A stretch of DNA of 64,000 nt from Croceimicrobium sp. Lineage in GTDB: Bacteria > Bacteroidota > Bacteroidia > Flavobacteriales > Schleiferiaceae. Shown in pieces: positions 37,875-47,422 of this stretch. Position 1 is the first letter of the stretch, and each line of letters begins with the position of its first letter. The stretch spans positions 45,382-109,381 of the forward strand of contig CBFHRN010000002.1 in NCBI GenBank assembly GCA_965658275.1. Reading direction: 5' to 3'. A model generated the notes under the pieces. That model worked only from the letters and a program-made list of their open reading frames with translations. It was not told the DNA's origin and did not search any database. Made by a program: the position numbers and the translations under genes.

Positions 37875-39344
37875 TTGTCAGATTTTCATTCTCTGGGATT
37901 GTCCCCAGAAGTTCTTCGCGCTCTCGATGATTTAGGATTCGAGACTCCCAGCCCCATTCAAGCCCAAGCCATCCCTGCTCTACTAAGTGACGCCAATGAC
38001 CTTATCGGCTTAGCCCAAACAGGAACAGGCAAAACGGCAGCCTTTGGATTGCCTCTTCTGGAACGTATTGATCCAGAATTCCCACATACACAGGCCTTGA
38101 TCCTAGCACCCACTCGTGAGCTAGGCCAGCAAATTGCAGAGCAAATAGACCTCTTCAGCAAGTATTTGCCAAAGCTAAATGTATTAGCCGTTTATGGTGG
38201 AGCAGCAATTAGCAACCAAATTAGAGCCTTACACAAACCTCAGCACATTATCATCGCCACTCCTGGTCGTTTAATTGACCTAATTGGCAGACGTGCTGTA
38301 AAGTTGGACCATCTCGAAATTTTGGTTTTAGATGAAGCCGATGAGATGCTAAACATGGGTTTCAAAGAGGCGCTTGATGAAATTCTGACTTATACTCCTA
38401 AAGAAAAAATGACTTGGCTATTTTCAGCAACAATGCCGAATGAAATTCGTCGTATTGTTGATGAGTATATGCACAAACCTGTGGAGGTTAAAGTCAACCA
38501 AAAACAAACACTTAACCAAAATATTGAGCATCAATTTGTAAGTCTAAACCATAATCAAAAGTCGGCTGCATTAAAACGCTTTATCGACTTAGACCCGGAA
38601 ATCCGGGCGGTGGTTTTTTGTCGGACTAAATTGGATACTCAAAACCTAGCGGAGGAACTTATGCAGGAAGGCTATCAAGCCGATTCATTGCATGGCGACC
38701 TCTCGCAAGCGCAGCGTGATCGTGTCATGAAGCGTTTTAAGGAGCATAAGTTACCTATTCTTATTGCTACGGATGTGGCAGCGCGTGGTATCGATGTAAA
38801 CGACTTAAGCCACGTATTCCATTTCTCTTTGCCCGATGACGCAGCCTACTATACCCACCGTTCGGGCCGTACCGCAAGAGCTGGAAAAAAAGGTATTTCT
38901 TTAGTTTTTGTAGGTCAAAGAGACTTTTCTAAATTAAAATACCTTCAGTCCAGACTTGGTATTGAATTCGAGAGAGTTCGCATTCCAGATGCCAAGGACA
39001 TTGCTTTTACACGAATGGACCAGTGGAGTCAAAAAGTGGTTGCGCAAAATGTTCAGGGTGTTATTCCAGATCATATCGTAGATCACCTCGAAGGTGTTTT
39101 CGCTGAATTGAGTCAGGAAGAACTATTAGGGAAGATTGTGGCTATGGAAATGGAGAAAATCCAGGTCGAAAACCAGGGGGATTTAAACGTTTCCAAATCA
39201 AATAAGCCGAACCGAGGTGGTGGCGGCGGAAAGGGAGGCTTCAACAAAGGAGGCAGTGGCCCTTCCTTCAAAGCCAAACGGAAGCCAGCTAACTTTAAGC
39301 ACGGCCATAAACGAAAGCCCACTAAACGGAAACGTCGCGACTAA
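37875..39344 (+). CDS. DEAD-box RNA helicase
   Basis: Q motif, AQTGTGKT, PTRELG, DEAD, SAT, HRSGRTARAG; Gly/Lys/Arg-rich tail; TTG start. Confidence 0.95.
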   Translation: MSDFHSLGLSPEVLRALDDLGFETPSPIQAQAIPALLSDANDLIGLAQTGTGKTAAFGLPLLERIDPEFPHTQALILAPTRELGQQIAEQIDLFSKYLPKLNVLAVYGGAAISNQIRALHKPQHIIIATPGRLIDLIGRRAVKLDHLEILVLDEADEMLNMGFKEALDEILTYTPKEKMTWLFSATMPNEIRRIVDEYMHKPVEVKVNQKQTLNQNIEHQFVSLNHNQKSAALKRFIDLDPEIRAVVFCRTKLDTQNLAEELMQEGYQADSLHGDLSQAQRDRVMKRFKEHKLPILIATDVAARGIDVNDLSHVFHFSLPDDAAYYTHRSGRTARAGKKGISLVFVGQRDFSKLKYLQSRLGIEFERVRIPDAKDIAFTRMDQWSQKVVAQNVQGVIPDHIVDHLEGVFAELSQEELLGKIVAMEMEKIQVENQGDLNVSKSNKPNRGGGGGKGGFNKGGSGPSFKAKRKPANFKHGHKRKPTKRKRRD

Positions 39345-40573
39345 AGCTCTTCAATTCTAAAACCCAGTTCTTGGCAATGATCCCAGAACTGGGGATAACT
39401 CTTTTTCACCACTTCAACATCCTTAATAACGACAGGATGCAAGAGAGCAAGGGGCAGAAAAGCCATGGCCATCCGGTGGTCTTTATAGGTATCAACCTCC
39501 TGTAAACCAGCGATAAAACCACTTCTCACTTCTAAAAAATCTGTTTCTGCGATAGTTTCAACTTGAAACTTAAAGAGCTCCTTTTCCAAGGCCATAATTC
39601 GATCCGTTTCTTTGATTCTTAAAGTTTGAAGGCCTTTTAATCGAATCACTTTCCCTGCCGCGGCATAAGCAGGAGCTAGACTTTGTGCTAAATCAGGGTT
39701 ATCTAGCAAATTAATTTCTTTGGGTGCTGGTGTTGGTTCTGCTTTACGCAATCGTATCCCACTGCCGATGTAAAACTGCTCTATGCCTAATGGCGCATAG
39801 AACTGGGCAAGCACTGAATCACCCTGCATACTAAACTCCTTAAATCCAGGCAAATAAAGCTCTCCTTTCTCTGCCAAAGCAAGCGCCGAAAACCAGTAGG
39901 ATGCGGCCGACCAATCGGGCTCCACCCGGAAAGATTGAACTTTAAGTTGCGGATTCTGCTGCTCTAAACGCACTTCATCACCCAATACAAATACCTTGAA
40001 AGATAACTGACGCATCAGATTTGCGGTGAGGTAAATATATGGAGCCGACACCGATGCCCCTTTAAACTTGATACTCAAGCCCCCTTCTAATTGAGGCGCA
40101 ATCATCATCAAAGCGCTAATAAATTGGCTGCTTTCAGTCGCTTCTACCGCTATCTCACCTCCGTGCAGGCTCCTGCCACGAATTAAAAGTGGAGGGAAAC
40201 CCTCTTCACCTAAATACTCGATCTCCGCGCCTAAAGATTGAAGCGCATCCACCAAAGTACCAATGGGCCTTTCATGCATTCGGTTCGTACCGAACAATTC
40301 CCATTCGCCCTCCCCTTGACAAGCGAGAAATGCGGTTAGAAAGCGCATCGCTGTCCCGGCATCCTGAACATCAATTTTTGAATTGAAGCGATAGCTATTC
40401 AGGGCTCTTAGCATGAGCATACTATCATTACTATCTGAGATGCCCTCCAAATCTAATTCCGGAAAATAAAGAGCGCGCAAAATTAAGAGGCGATTCGTCT
40501 CTGATTTTGAGCCGGGTAGCTGCAATCTCCCACGAATCACTTTTGTAGGGTGGCTAATGCGATAATCAGCCAT
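39341..40573 (-). CDS. aroA: 3-phosphoshikimate 1-carboxyvinyltransferase (EPSP synthase)
   Basis: LPGSKS, DAGTAMRF, RMHERPI, SSQFIS, KETDR, DHRMAM. Confidence 0.93.
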   Translation of the reverse strand: MADYRISHPTKVIRGRLQLPGSKSETNRLLILRALYFPELDLEGISDSNDSMLMLRALNSYRFNSKIDVQDAGTAMRFLTAFLACQGEGEWELFGTNRMHERPIGTLVDALQSLGAEIEYLGEEGFPPLLIRGRSLHGGEIAVEATESSQFISALMMIAPQLEGGLSIKFKGASVSAPYIYLTANLMRQLSFKVFVLGDEVRLEQQNPQLKVQSFRVEPDWSAASYWFSALALAEKGELYLPGFKEFSMQGDSVLAQFYAPLGIEQFYIGSGIRLRKAEPTPAPKEINLLDNPDLAQSLAPAYAAAGKVIRLKGLQTLRIKETDRIMALEKELFKFQVETIAETDFLEVRSGFIAGLQEVDTYKDHRMAMAFLPLALLHPVVIKDVEVVKKSYPQFWDHCQELGFRIEEL

Positions 40574-41615
40574 TTGCTATCTCTGTTAAGGCATCCCAAA
40601 GCTCTTCCTTCGAGACTGCCTGATCAATAGTGGGTTTTCCAATGGCCTTTAACAAAACTAACCTCAATTCAGCATTGAAATTCTTCTTATCACCACGGAG
40701 AATTTCATTAAAGGCATTTTGATCGATGGGAGTTTCCGGCCAGGGGTAAAGTTTTTTTAGATACTTAGACAAAGGTTCTAAGGAAACCATTGGAAAATTC
40801 AACTTCCGATAAGAAAGCATTAGCTCAACTTGCATTCCTAAAGCAATGGCATAACCATGACTAATAACGGCATCAGTGGTAGCAAAATAAGACTCTAAAG
40901 CATGCCCAACAGAATGACCAAAATTCAAAATTTTTCGGAGCCCATCTTCGTTTTTATCGGCATCCACAACCTTAGCTTTTATTGCTATAGTCCGAGCTAA
41001 TAAGTCAATTCCTGGTAACCTCGATTGAATGGGAAATTCCATTAAGTCCTGCAAATGCTTTTCGTCGGCGATGAGTCCGTGCTTAAGCATTTCTGCCCAG
41101 CCACTTCTTAGCTCCTGTTCCTCCAAACTTTCTAAAAACTCGGGAACGATGCCAACAAAAATAGGATCACTAAAACTACCTATACGATTTTTATAGGGAC
41201 CGAAATTAATTCCCGTTTTACTCCCAACCGCAGCGTCGGCTATGGCCAAGAGAGAGGTTGGGAAGTTTATGAAGGATATACCTCTCATGTAGGTGGCCGC
41301 CATAAAACCGCCTAAATCCGACACGACGCCCCCACCCAAATTGATGATTAAGGACTGACGATCAAAATTTAATTCACCTAAGCTATGCCATAAATTAACT
41401 AAAACCTCAATGCCTTTCGAACCCTCTCCGGGCTCTATTTCAATGATTTCTAAATTCGGTAACTCTAGCCCTAAAGATTCCATGAAAAATGGGTAGCAGG
41501 CATTTAGAGTATTGGAGTCTACCATTATTCCAACTTTTGAAAAGGTATTGGATTCGAGGGTGCTGCGCAAGGCAAGCCAAGCTTCCTCTCCAAGATAAAT
41601 CGATTTGAGACTCAT
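40566..41615 (-). CDS. aroB: 3-dehydroquinate synthase
   Basis: GGGVVSDLGGF, PTSLLA, GSKTGIN, EMLKHGL, LNFGHSVGHALE, DKK. Confidence 0.94.
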   Translation of the reverse strand: MSLKSIYLGEEAWLALRSTLESNTFSKVGIMVDSNTLNACYPFFMESLGLELPNLEIIEIEPGEGSKGIEVLVNLWHSLGELNFDRQSLIINLGGGVVSDLGGFMAATYMRGISFINFPTSLLAIADAAVGSKTGINFGPYKNRIGSFSDPIFVGIVPEFLESLEEQELRSGWAEMLKHGLIADEKHLQDLMEFPIQSRLPGIDLLARTIAIKAKVVDADKNEDGLRKILNFGHSVGHALESYFATTDAVISHGYAIALGMQVELMLSYRKLNFPMVSLEPLSKYLKKLYPWPETPIDQNAFNEILRGDKKNFNAELRLVLLKAIGKPTIDQAVSKEELWDALTEIANG

Positions 41616-41620
41616 AGGCC

Positions 41621-41628
41621 CAAAGGTA
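41621..41628 (-). promoter_or_regulatory. -7 box TACCTTTG, 5 nt before the aroB ATG
   Basis: Plus strand reads CAAAGGTA at 41621-41628. Confidence 0.6.
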
Positions 41629-41801
41629 AGCTTTCACAAAATTTCAATGGCTTTGGCAAAAACAGAATTGTGTGCTTTAAATCTTCTTTATTCGATCAAT
41701 TTGTTACTAAATTCGAAAAAGTTTTCAAGGTTGAAACAATTTATACAATGAATTGATTTCATGATGATTGCCTTGAAAGGAACCGCTCAAAAAGAATTGT
41801 C

Positions 41802-42974
41802 ATGGTAGATTTCAATGATACCAAAACGGCCTTTGTTTTAAAGTCCGATACCCAATTGAAGAAAGCTTATTGGCTTTTTCGGTTAGTGGCCAGCAAAAGT
41901 CTAGTTGGTTTGGGTAAAAAAGCCTCTAATATGGCTATCAAATTAGGTTTACCAATTCGCACCATTGTAAAGCAAACTGTATATGATCAATTTGTGGGCG
42001 GTGAAACCATAGAAGAATGTGAATCTATCATTGACAAACTCCACCAGCAAAATGTCTATTCCTTGCTTGATTTTGCGGTAGAAGGCAAAGAATCTGAAGC
42101 TGATTTCGACGCTTGTAAAGATGAAATTATTCAAACTATTAAATACGGCGCCGAACATAAAGCGGTTCCTTTCGCAGTTTTTAAGGTTACGGGAGTGGCC
42201 AAGTTTGCATTGCTCGAAAAATACAGTGCCGGTCAGCCATTTAATGAAATAGAAAGTAGGGCCTGGACAAGAGCAAAGAATCGTATTGAAGAAATTTGTT
42301 ACACGGCTAATAAATACGGTCTGCGGATAATGATAGACGCCGAAGAATCTTGGATTCAAGGGGCTATTGACGAAATTACAGTTGAGATGATGGAGCGTTT
42401 CAACACCGAAAATGTAATGGTAATTAATACTCTGCAGATGTACCGCAATGATCGAATTGACTATATGCAGGAGTCCTTGGAAACAGCTAAACAGAAGGGC
42501 TTTAAGTACGGTGCAAAATTGGTTCGTGGGGCCTATATGGAGAAAGAACGAGAGCGAGCAGCGGAAATGTCTTACCCCGACCCTATCCACAAGACAAAAG
42601 CAGATAGCGACAAATCCTACGATGAAGGTATTCGCTTGATGATGGACAACATTGAAGATTCGCTGCTAGTAGCGGGCAGTCATAATGAGGAAAGTGCTCG
42701 ATTATTAAGTGACCAGATTAAGCAAAAAGGTTTGGAAACTAATGACTCCCGAATCTGGTTTAGTCAATTATACGGGATGAGTGATAACTTATCTTTTAAC
42801 CTAGCCAAGGAAGGCTATAATGTGGTAAAATATCTACCCTTTGGGCCCGTAAATGAGACCCTGCCCTATCTTATTCGAAGAGCCGAGGAAAATTCTAGCG
42901 CTAGCGGACAAAGTGGTCGGGAACTAAGCTTGATTCAAGCAGAATTGAAGCGCCGCGGACTCGAAAAAAACTAG
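41802..42974 (+). CDS. Monofunctional proline dehydrogenase
   Basis: QFVGGET, MIDAEE, LQMYR, KLVRGAYME, GSHN, QLYGM, YLIRRAEEN. Confidence 0.93.
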   Translation: MVDFNDTKTAFVLKSDTQLKKAYWLFRLVASKSLVGLGKKASNMAIKLGLPIRTIVKQTVYDQFVGGETIEECESIIDKLHQQNVYSLLDFAVEGKESEADFDACKDEIIQTIKYGAEHKAVPFAVFKVTGVAKFALLEKYSAGQPFNEIESRAWTRAKNRIEEICYTANKYGLRIMIDAEESWIQGAIDEITVEMMERFNTENVMVINTLQMYRNDRIDYMQESLETAKQKGFKYGAKLVRGAYMEKERERAAEMSYPDPIHKTKADSDKSYDEGIRLMMDNIEDSLLVAGSHNEESARLLSDQIKQKGLETNDSRIWFSQLYGMSDNLSFNLAKEGYNVVKYLPFGPVNETLPYLIRRAEENSSASGQSGRELSLIQAELKRRGLEKN

Positions 42975-43330
42975 AGCACTTTTAGTAGGGTAGCGGTAGA
43001 ATCGCAATTCTCTATTTCAAAAGCTTTTTGGGCCTCTTCGAAATCGAGGTGGTAAACATTGCAGCCTTGTTCGTCAATTCTCGATTTTTCAAAATCAACT
43101 TTCGCCCTTTCCAAGGCAGCGGCAAGTCCAGAGGTATCGACGGTAGTGCCTCCAGCACTGTCAAGCAAATCAGCCGAAAGGCTCATTTCCTTTTTGCGTA
43201 GATCGTATAAAACCCTATCATTAGGGAAATAATTACATTGTATATCACGATCACCAAACATGAAATACACCATAAAAACGCCGAGCCCAACGCCCAACAT
43301 ATAATAAAGCAACTTTCTTCCTAAACGCAT
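42971..43330 (-). CDS. Small membrane-anchored hypothetical protein (DUF4258-like Flavobacteriales family)
   Basis: N-terminal TM YYMLGVGLGVFMVYFMFG, then CNYFPNDRVL; -7 box TACCTTTG at 43350-43357 (minus). Confidence 0.6.
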   Translation of the reverse strand: MRLGRKLLYYMLGVGLGVFMVYFMFGDRDIQCNYFPNDRVLYDLRKKEMSLSADLLDSAGGTTVDTSGLAAALERAKVDFEKSRIDEQGCNVYHLDFEEAQKAFEIENCDSTATLLKVL

Positions 43331-43398
43331 AATTAGTATTCAAAGGCGACAAAGGTAGATGGGTTGCCTTATTTTTTTGGACATTTGAAGAGTTAATT

Positions 43399-44163
43399 AT
43401 GGCGGAAGAGAATTTAAAAGACCTCCAGGCAGGCGATCATCATTACAAAGCATTTGTTGGACCTCCCTTAAAGTATGACCTTTTAGGAGCCCTTCAGTTT
43501 ACCCTGTTAACTGCAGCCGGACTAAGAGCCGAGCACAAACTTTGCGACATAGGCTGTGGTTCCTTGCGCGTTGGTAAATTACTCATCCCCTATCTCAACA
43601 AAGAAAATTACTTCGGCTTGGAACCAGAGAAATGGTTAATCCAAGAAGCCATAGATAAAGAAATAGGCCAGGACCTGATTCGTATAAAAAGTCCGCGCTT
43701 CGAACATTGGACAAATTTTGACATCAGCAAGTTTGAGGTCAAGTTCAATTTCATCATTGCTCAAAGTATTTTTTCGCATGCTCATTTAGACCAAATCACA
43801 CAATGTTTAAAAGAGGTAAGGCAATGTTTACAAAGCGACGGACTATTCCTGGCCACCTTTATCTGGGGAAAAGAAGATTACCTCGGTAAGGATTGGGTTT
43901 ATCCAGGTTGCGTGGCTTACCGCCCTTCTTCCATTCAAAAAATAGCTTGGGACGAAGCCGGTTTAAAAATGCTTACCACCAATTGGCCGCATCCCAATGG
44001 TCAAAACTGGGTGATTTTCCACCTACCTGGGAATGAACTTGAAGCTGAAAAACTGAGTCGCTTTAGTATGGCTAAGTATCAGGCAGATGTCGCGGCAATA
44101 CCCGAAGAAATGGGCACTTTGAAGCGATACACCAATAAAGTTGTCGATTTATTCAAAAAGTAA
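43399..44163 (+). CDS. Class I SAM-dependent methyltransferase
   Basis: LCDIGCGSLRVG motif I, FNFIIAQSIFSH, LQSDGLFLAT. Confidence 0.85.
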   Translation: MAEENLKDLQAGDHHYKAFVGPPLKYDLLGALQFTLLTAAGLRAEHKLCDIGCGSLRVGKLLIPYLNKENYFGLEPEKWLIQEAIDKEIGQDLIRIKSPRFEHWTNFDISKFEVKFNFIIAQSIFSHAHLDQITQCLKEVRQCLQSDGLFLATFIWGKEDYLGKDWVYPGCVAYRPSSIQKIAWDEAGLKMLTTNWPHPNGQNWVIFHLPGNELEAEKLSRFSMAKYQADVAAIPEEMGTLKRYTNKVVDLFKK

Positions 44164-45357
44164 GTCACCTTCCGCGTAAGGCAAATCAAACCACTCTCCA
44201 ATAGACTTACTGGTTAAGCTTCCTTGATACAGGTACAAGCCACGTCGCACATTTTTCTTGAGATGCAATACCTCCTCAATCCCTCCTATATCACCCATCT
44301 CAAGTAAAAGGGGACTCAGAATATTACTCAAAGAAAAGGAAGCCGTTCGACTAACCCGAGAGGCAATATTTGGTACGCAGTAATGCGTGATATCGTATTT
44401 TTTAAACACTGGCTTATCGTGGTTGGTAAGCTCACTAGACTCAAAACAGCCTCCTTGATCAATACTCACATCTACAATGACAGATCCGGCTTTCATATTC
44501 CGAACCATTTCCTCGGTTACCACGCAAGGCGTTCGACCTCCTTCTGCTCGTATCGCGCCAATAGCGACATCACAGCGCATTAAGGCTTTCTCTAAAATCT
44601 TAGGCTGTATAACGCAAGTATAAATGGGCGCATTATTCAACATGCCTTGGAGGCGACGTAATTTAGAAATAGACCGGTCAAAAACCTTTACACTGGCTCC
44701 TAAACCTAAGGCCGTTCTAGCAGCATAGGTACCTACCGTGCCCGCACCGATAATCACTACCTCCGTCGGGGGTACACCTGAAACACCACCAAGCATAAAC
44801 CCCTTTCCATCATTAGCATTACTTAAATATTCGGCCGCAATTAAAACGGAAGTGTTACCTGCAATTTCGCTCATACTGCGGACCACTGGCACTATACCAT
44901 CTTCATCCTCAATGTTTTCAAAGCTCAAAGCTGTAACCCCCTTTTTCATTAGGGCTTTAAAATATTCTTTGGTTTGCGTTTTCAACTGAAGGGCAGAGAT
45001 CAGCGTCTGCCTATGCTTCATAAAGCCAATTTCCTCTTGGCTAGGGGGCTCAATCTTTAAAATTAAATCCGCCTCAAAAGCCTCCTTTGCCGAGTACACA
45101 ATTTTGGCACCTGCTTCAGAATAATCTTGATCCGAGTAATTTGCACTTAGACCTGCTCCTGTTTCAATAATGATTTCATGGCCATTCTCTACGAGGAGAT
45201 GAACCGCATCCGGACTCAAAGCTATCCGCTTCTCTTGAAGGCAAGTTTCATTGGGAATTCCTATCTGCAAATGTTGGCGCTTGCGTTTCACTTCCAAAAC
45301 CTCTTCCTGAGGCATCAATTCCGAAGATGAAAAACTGAGAAATTCGGGCTTACTCAT
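44149..45357 (-). CDS. ald: Alanine dehydrogenase (Bacteroidota form with N-terminal extension)
   Basis: IGIPNET...EKRIAL, MSEIAG, IIGAGTVG, VDVSIDQGGCFE, HYCVPNIAS. Confidence 0.9.
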   Translation of the reverse strand: MSKPEFLSFSSSELMPQEEVLEVKRKRQHLQIGIPNETCLQEKRIALSPDAVHLLVENGHEIIIETGAGLSANYSDQDYSEAGAKIVYSAKEAFEADLILKIEPPSQEEIGFMKHRQTLISALQLKTQTKEYFKALMKKGVTALSFENIEDEDGIVPVVRSMSEIAGNTSVLIAAEYLSNANDGKGFMLGGVSGVPPTEVVIIGAGTVGTYAARTALGLGASVKVFDRSISKLRRLQGMLNNAPIYTCVIQPKILEKALMRCDVAIGAIRAEGGRTPCVVTEEMVRNMKAGSVIVDVSIDQGGCFESSELTNHDKPVFKKYDITHYCVPNIASRVSRTASFSLSNILSPLLLEMGDIGGIEEVLHLKKNVRRGLYLYQGSLTSKSIGEWFDLPYAEGDLLFE

Positions 45358-45781
45358 GGACCTTCCTTAAGCTTATTTCACGAACACCATGGGCGTCCAT
45401 TGTTATGCTAATTAGCTGATAATCGAAAGGCAGTAAGTTACTAATTTTTTCGGGCCACTCCATAAATATCCAATCCCCATCTTCCAAGTAATCATCTAGG
45501 CCCATTGCCAAAGCTTCCTCCTCATCATCAATGCGGTACCAATCAAAGTGATATACTTTTTCTCCCTTTCCCCCTAGATACTCATTAACCAAAGAAAAGG
45601 TCGGACTGGTAACCATATCCGATGCACCTAAAGCCTTACACAGTGACTTGATTAAAGTGGTTTTACCCATTCCCATCTCAGCCTGAAACAAAACCAAGCC
45701 TGGTTCCATAGCTACAATTAGCTCTTGCGCTATGCTTTGTAAGTCATCCACGTTTGCAGCCTTGAATACGCTTTCTGCCAT
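45350..45781 (-). CDS. tsaE: tRNA t6A biosynthesis ATPase
   Basis: MGMGKTT, VTSPTFSLVNEY, YHFDWYR, FMEWPE. Confidence 0.94.
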   Translation of the reverse strand: MAESVFKAANVDDLQSIAQELIVAMEPGLVLFQAEMGMGKTTLIKSLCKALGASDMVTSPTFSLVNEYLGGKGEKVYHFDWYRIDDEEEALAMGLDDYLEDGDWIFMEWPEKISNLLPFDYQLISITMDAHGVREISLRKVHE

Positions 45782-45785
45782 CTCG

Positions 45786-45793
45786 CAAAAATA
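45786..45793 (-). promoter_or_regulatory. -7 box TATTTTTG, 4 nt before the tsaE ATG
   Basis: Plus strand reads CAAAAATA at 45786-45793. Confidence 0.6.
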
Positions 45794-45816
45794 GCTTCTT
45801 CAAAGCTTAAAACCCA

Positions 45817-47376
45817 CTAGCCTTTCGGCTGAAGCGAAACAAATGGGATAATCATTTCCTCCAAAGAGATTCCACCATGCTGGTAGGTATTTCGGTAATA
45901 CTTCACATAGTGATTAAAATTATTGGGGTAGGCAAAGAATAGATCCTCTTTGGCAAAAAGGTAGGTGCTATTGATATTTTGCTTGGGTAAATGCACCGAT
46001 TCTGGATTTTTAATTTCCATTACATCCCGAGGTTGGAAAGTCATGCCTCTTCCACTTTTATAGCGCAAATTGGTATTCAAACTGCGATCGCCGACCACCT
46101 TGGTAGGGTCTACTACATTAATGGTTCCATGATCGGTGGTAAGCAAAACAGGAATGCCCTTCTGAGCTAGTTGACGAAGCATGTCCAACAAAGGGGAATT
46201 TCGGAACCAGCTCTCAGTCAAGGAGCGGTAAGCTTTATCATTATCTGCTAGCTCTCTTATAACTTTCATATCTGTTTTAGCATGCGAAAGCATATCCACG
46301 AAATTGTAAACCACCACATTTACATCATTGTGTAGTAGGTTATGGAGGTTTTCAGAAAGCTTTTTTCCATAATTATGATTGGTCACTTTCTCGTAGCCCA
46401 TCGTTTTGGAACTAAAGCCCAGGCGATTTAATTGGTCACGGAAAAACTCTGCTTCATAATTATTCTTGCCTTCCTCATCATCATTGTCTTCCACCCACTT
46501 ATCTGGAAATCTTTTCTTAATAGCACTGGGCATTAAGCCTGCGAACAATGCGTTCCTGGCAAACTGAGTTGCAGAGGGCAGGATGCTACAATAGGTTTGT
46601 TCCGCTTCCACCTCAAAATGTTTTTCAATTTCGGGCTGAATAACCTTCCACTGATCGTAACGCAAGTTATCTATCACCACCATAAAGAAGGGCTTATCCA
46701 ACTCTAGGCTAGGCCGAACCCATTCTTTTACTAAAGTGTGACTCATCACGGGAGCTTCATCCGAATACTCAAACCAGTCCTCATAATTCTTTTCTACAAA
46801 TCGGAAAAACTGGGCGTTTGCCTCTTTCTTCTGCGAAGCTAAAATCTCATTCAAGCTCTCATCCTCGAGCTTATCCAACTCCAACTCCCAATAAATTAAT
46901 CGTTTAAATAGTGATTGCCATCCTTCAAAATCTCGAACCATCGCAAGGTCCATTCCAATTTGACGGAACTCTTGCTGGTAATTACTTTGGGTTTTTTCAC
47001 TAACCAATCGACGGTTATCCAAATGCTTTTTAAGCGTCAATAAAATCTGATTGGGATTAACCGGCTTAATCAAATAATCGGATATCTGTGAGCCAATCGC
47101 GTCTTCCATTATACTTTCTTCTTCGCTTTTTGTGATCATCACAATCGGAAGAGTGCTGTACTTTTCTTTGATTTTCTGCAAGGTCTCTAATCCATCGATG
47201 CCTGGCATATTCTCATCCAGGAAGACCATTTGATAGCGCTTCTCGTCTACCATATCCAGCGCATCGGAACCATTGTTTGCAGTATCTACTTGGTATCCTT
47301 TAGCTTCTAGGAAAAGAATATGGGGTTTTAGAAGATCTATTTCGTCATCTACCCAGAGGATTTGAATATTGTCCAT
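45817..47376 (-). CDS. porX: T9SS response regulator PorX (REC + PglZ alkaline-phosphatase-like domain)
   Basis: ILWVDDEIDLLKPHILFLE, FLDENMPG, IDNLRYDQW, ILPSATQFARNA, TTDHG, YQHGGISLEEM. Confidence 0.93.
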   Translation of the reverse strand: MDNIQILWVDDEIDLLKPHILFLEAKGYQVDTANNGSDALDMVDEKRYQMVFLDENMPGIDGLETLQKIKEKYSTLPIVMITKSEEESIMEDAIGSQISDYLIKPVNPNQILLTLKKHLDNRRLVSEKTQSNYQQEFRQIGMDLAMVRDFEGWQSLFKRLIYWELELDKLEDESLNEILASQKKEANAQFFRFVEKNYEDWFEYSDEAPVMSHTLVKEWVRPSLELDKPFFMVVIDNLRYDQWKVIQPEIEKHFEVEAEQTYCSILPSATQFARNALFAGLMPSAIKKRFPDKWVEDNDDEEGKNNYEAEFFRDQLNRLGFSSKTMGYEKVTNHNYGKKLSENLHNLLHNDVNVVVYNFVDMLSHAKTDMKVIRELADNDKAYRSLTESWFRNSPLLDMLRQLAQKGIPVLLTTDHGTINVVDPTKVVGDRSLNTNLRYKSGRGMTFQPRDVMEIKNPESVHLPKQNINSTYLFAKEDLFFAYPNNFNHYVKYYRNTYQHGGISLEEMIIPFVSLQPKG

Positions 47377-47422
47377 ATTTTCGTTTTCGGATTATGTGCC
47401 TTGCGCAGCAAAATAACAGAAT

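Noticed and set aside
41723-41736. Palindrome TTTCAA-GG-TTGAAA upstream of proline dehydrogenase
   Set aside because: Only 6-bp arms in AT-rich DNA, with no second copy seen; too weak to call an operator.
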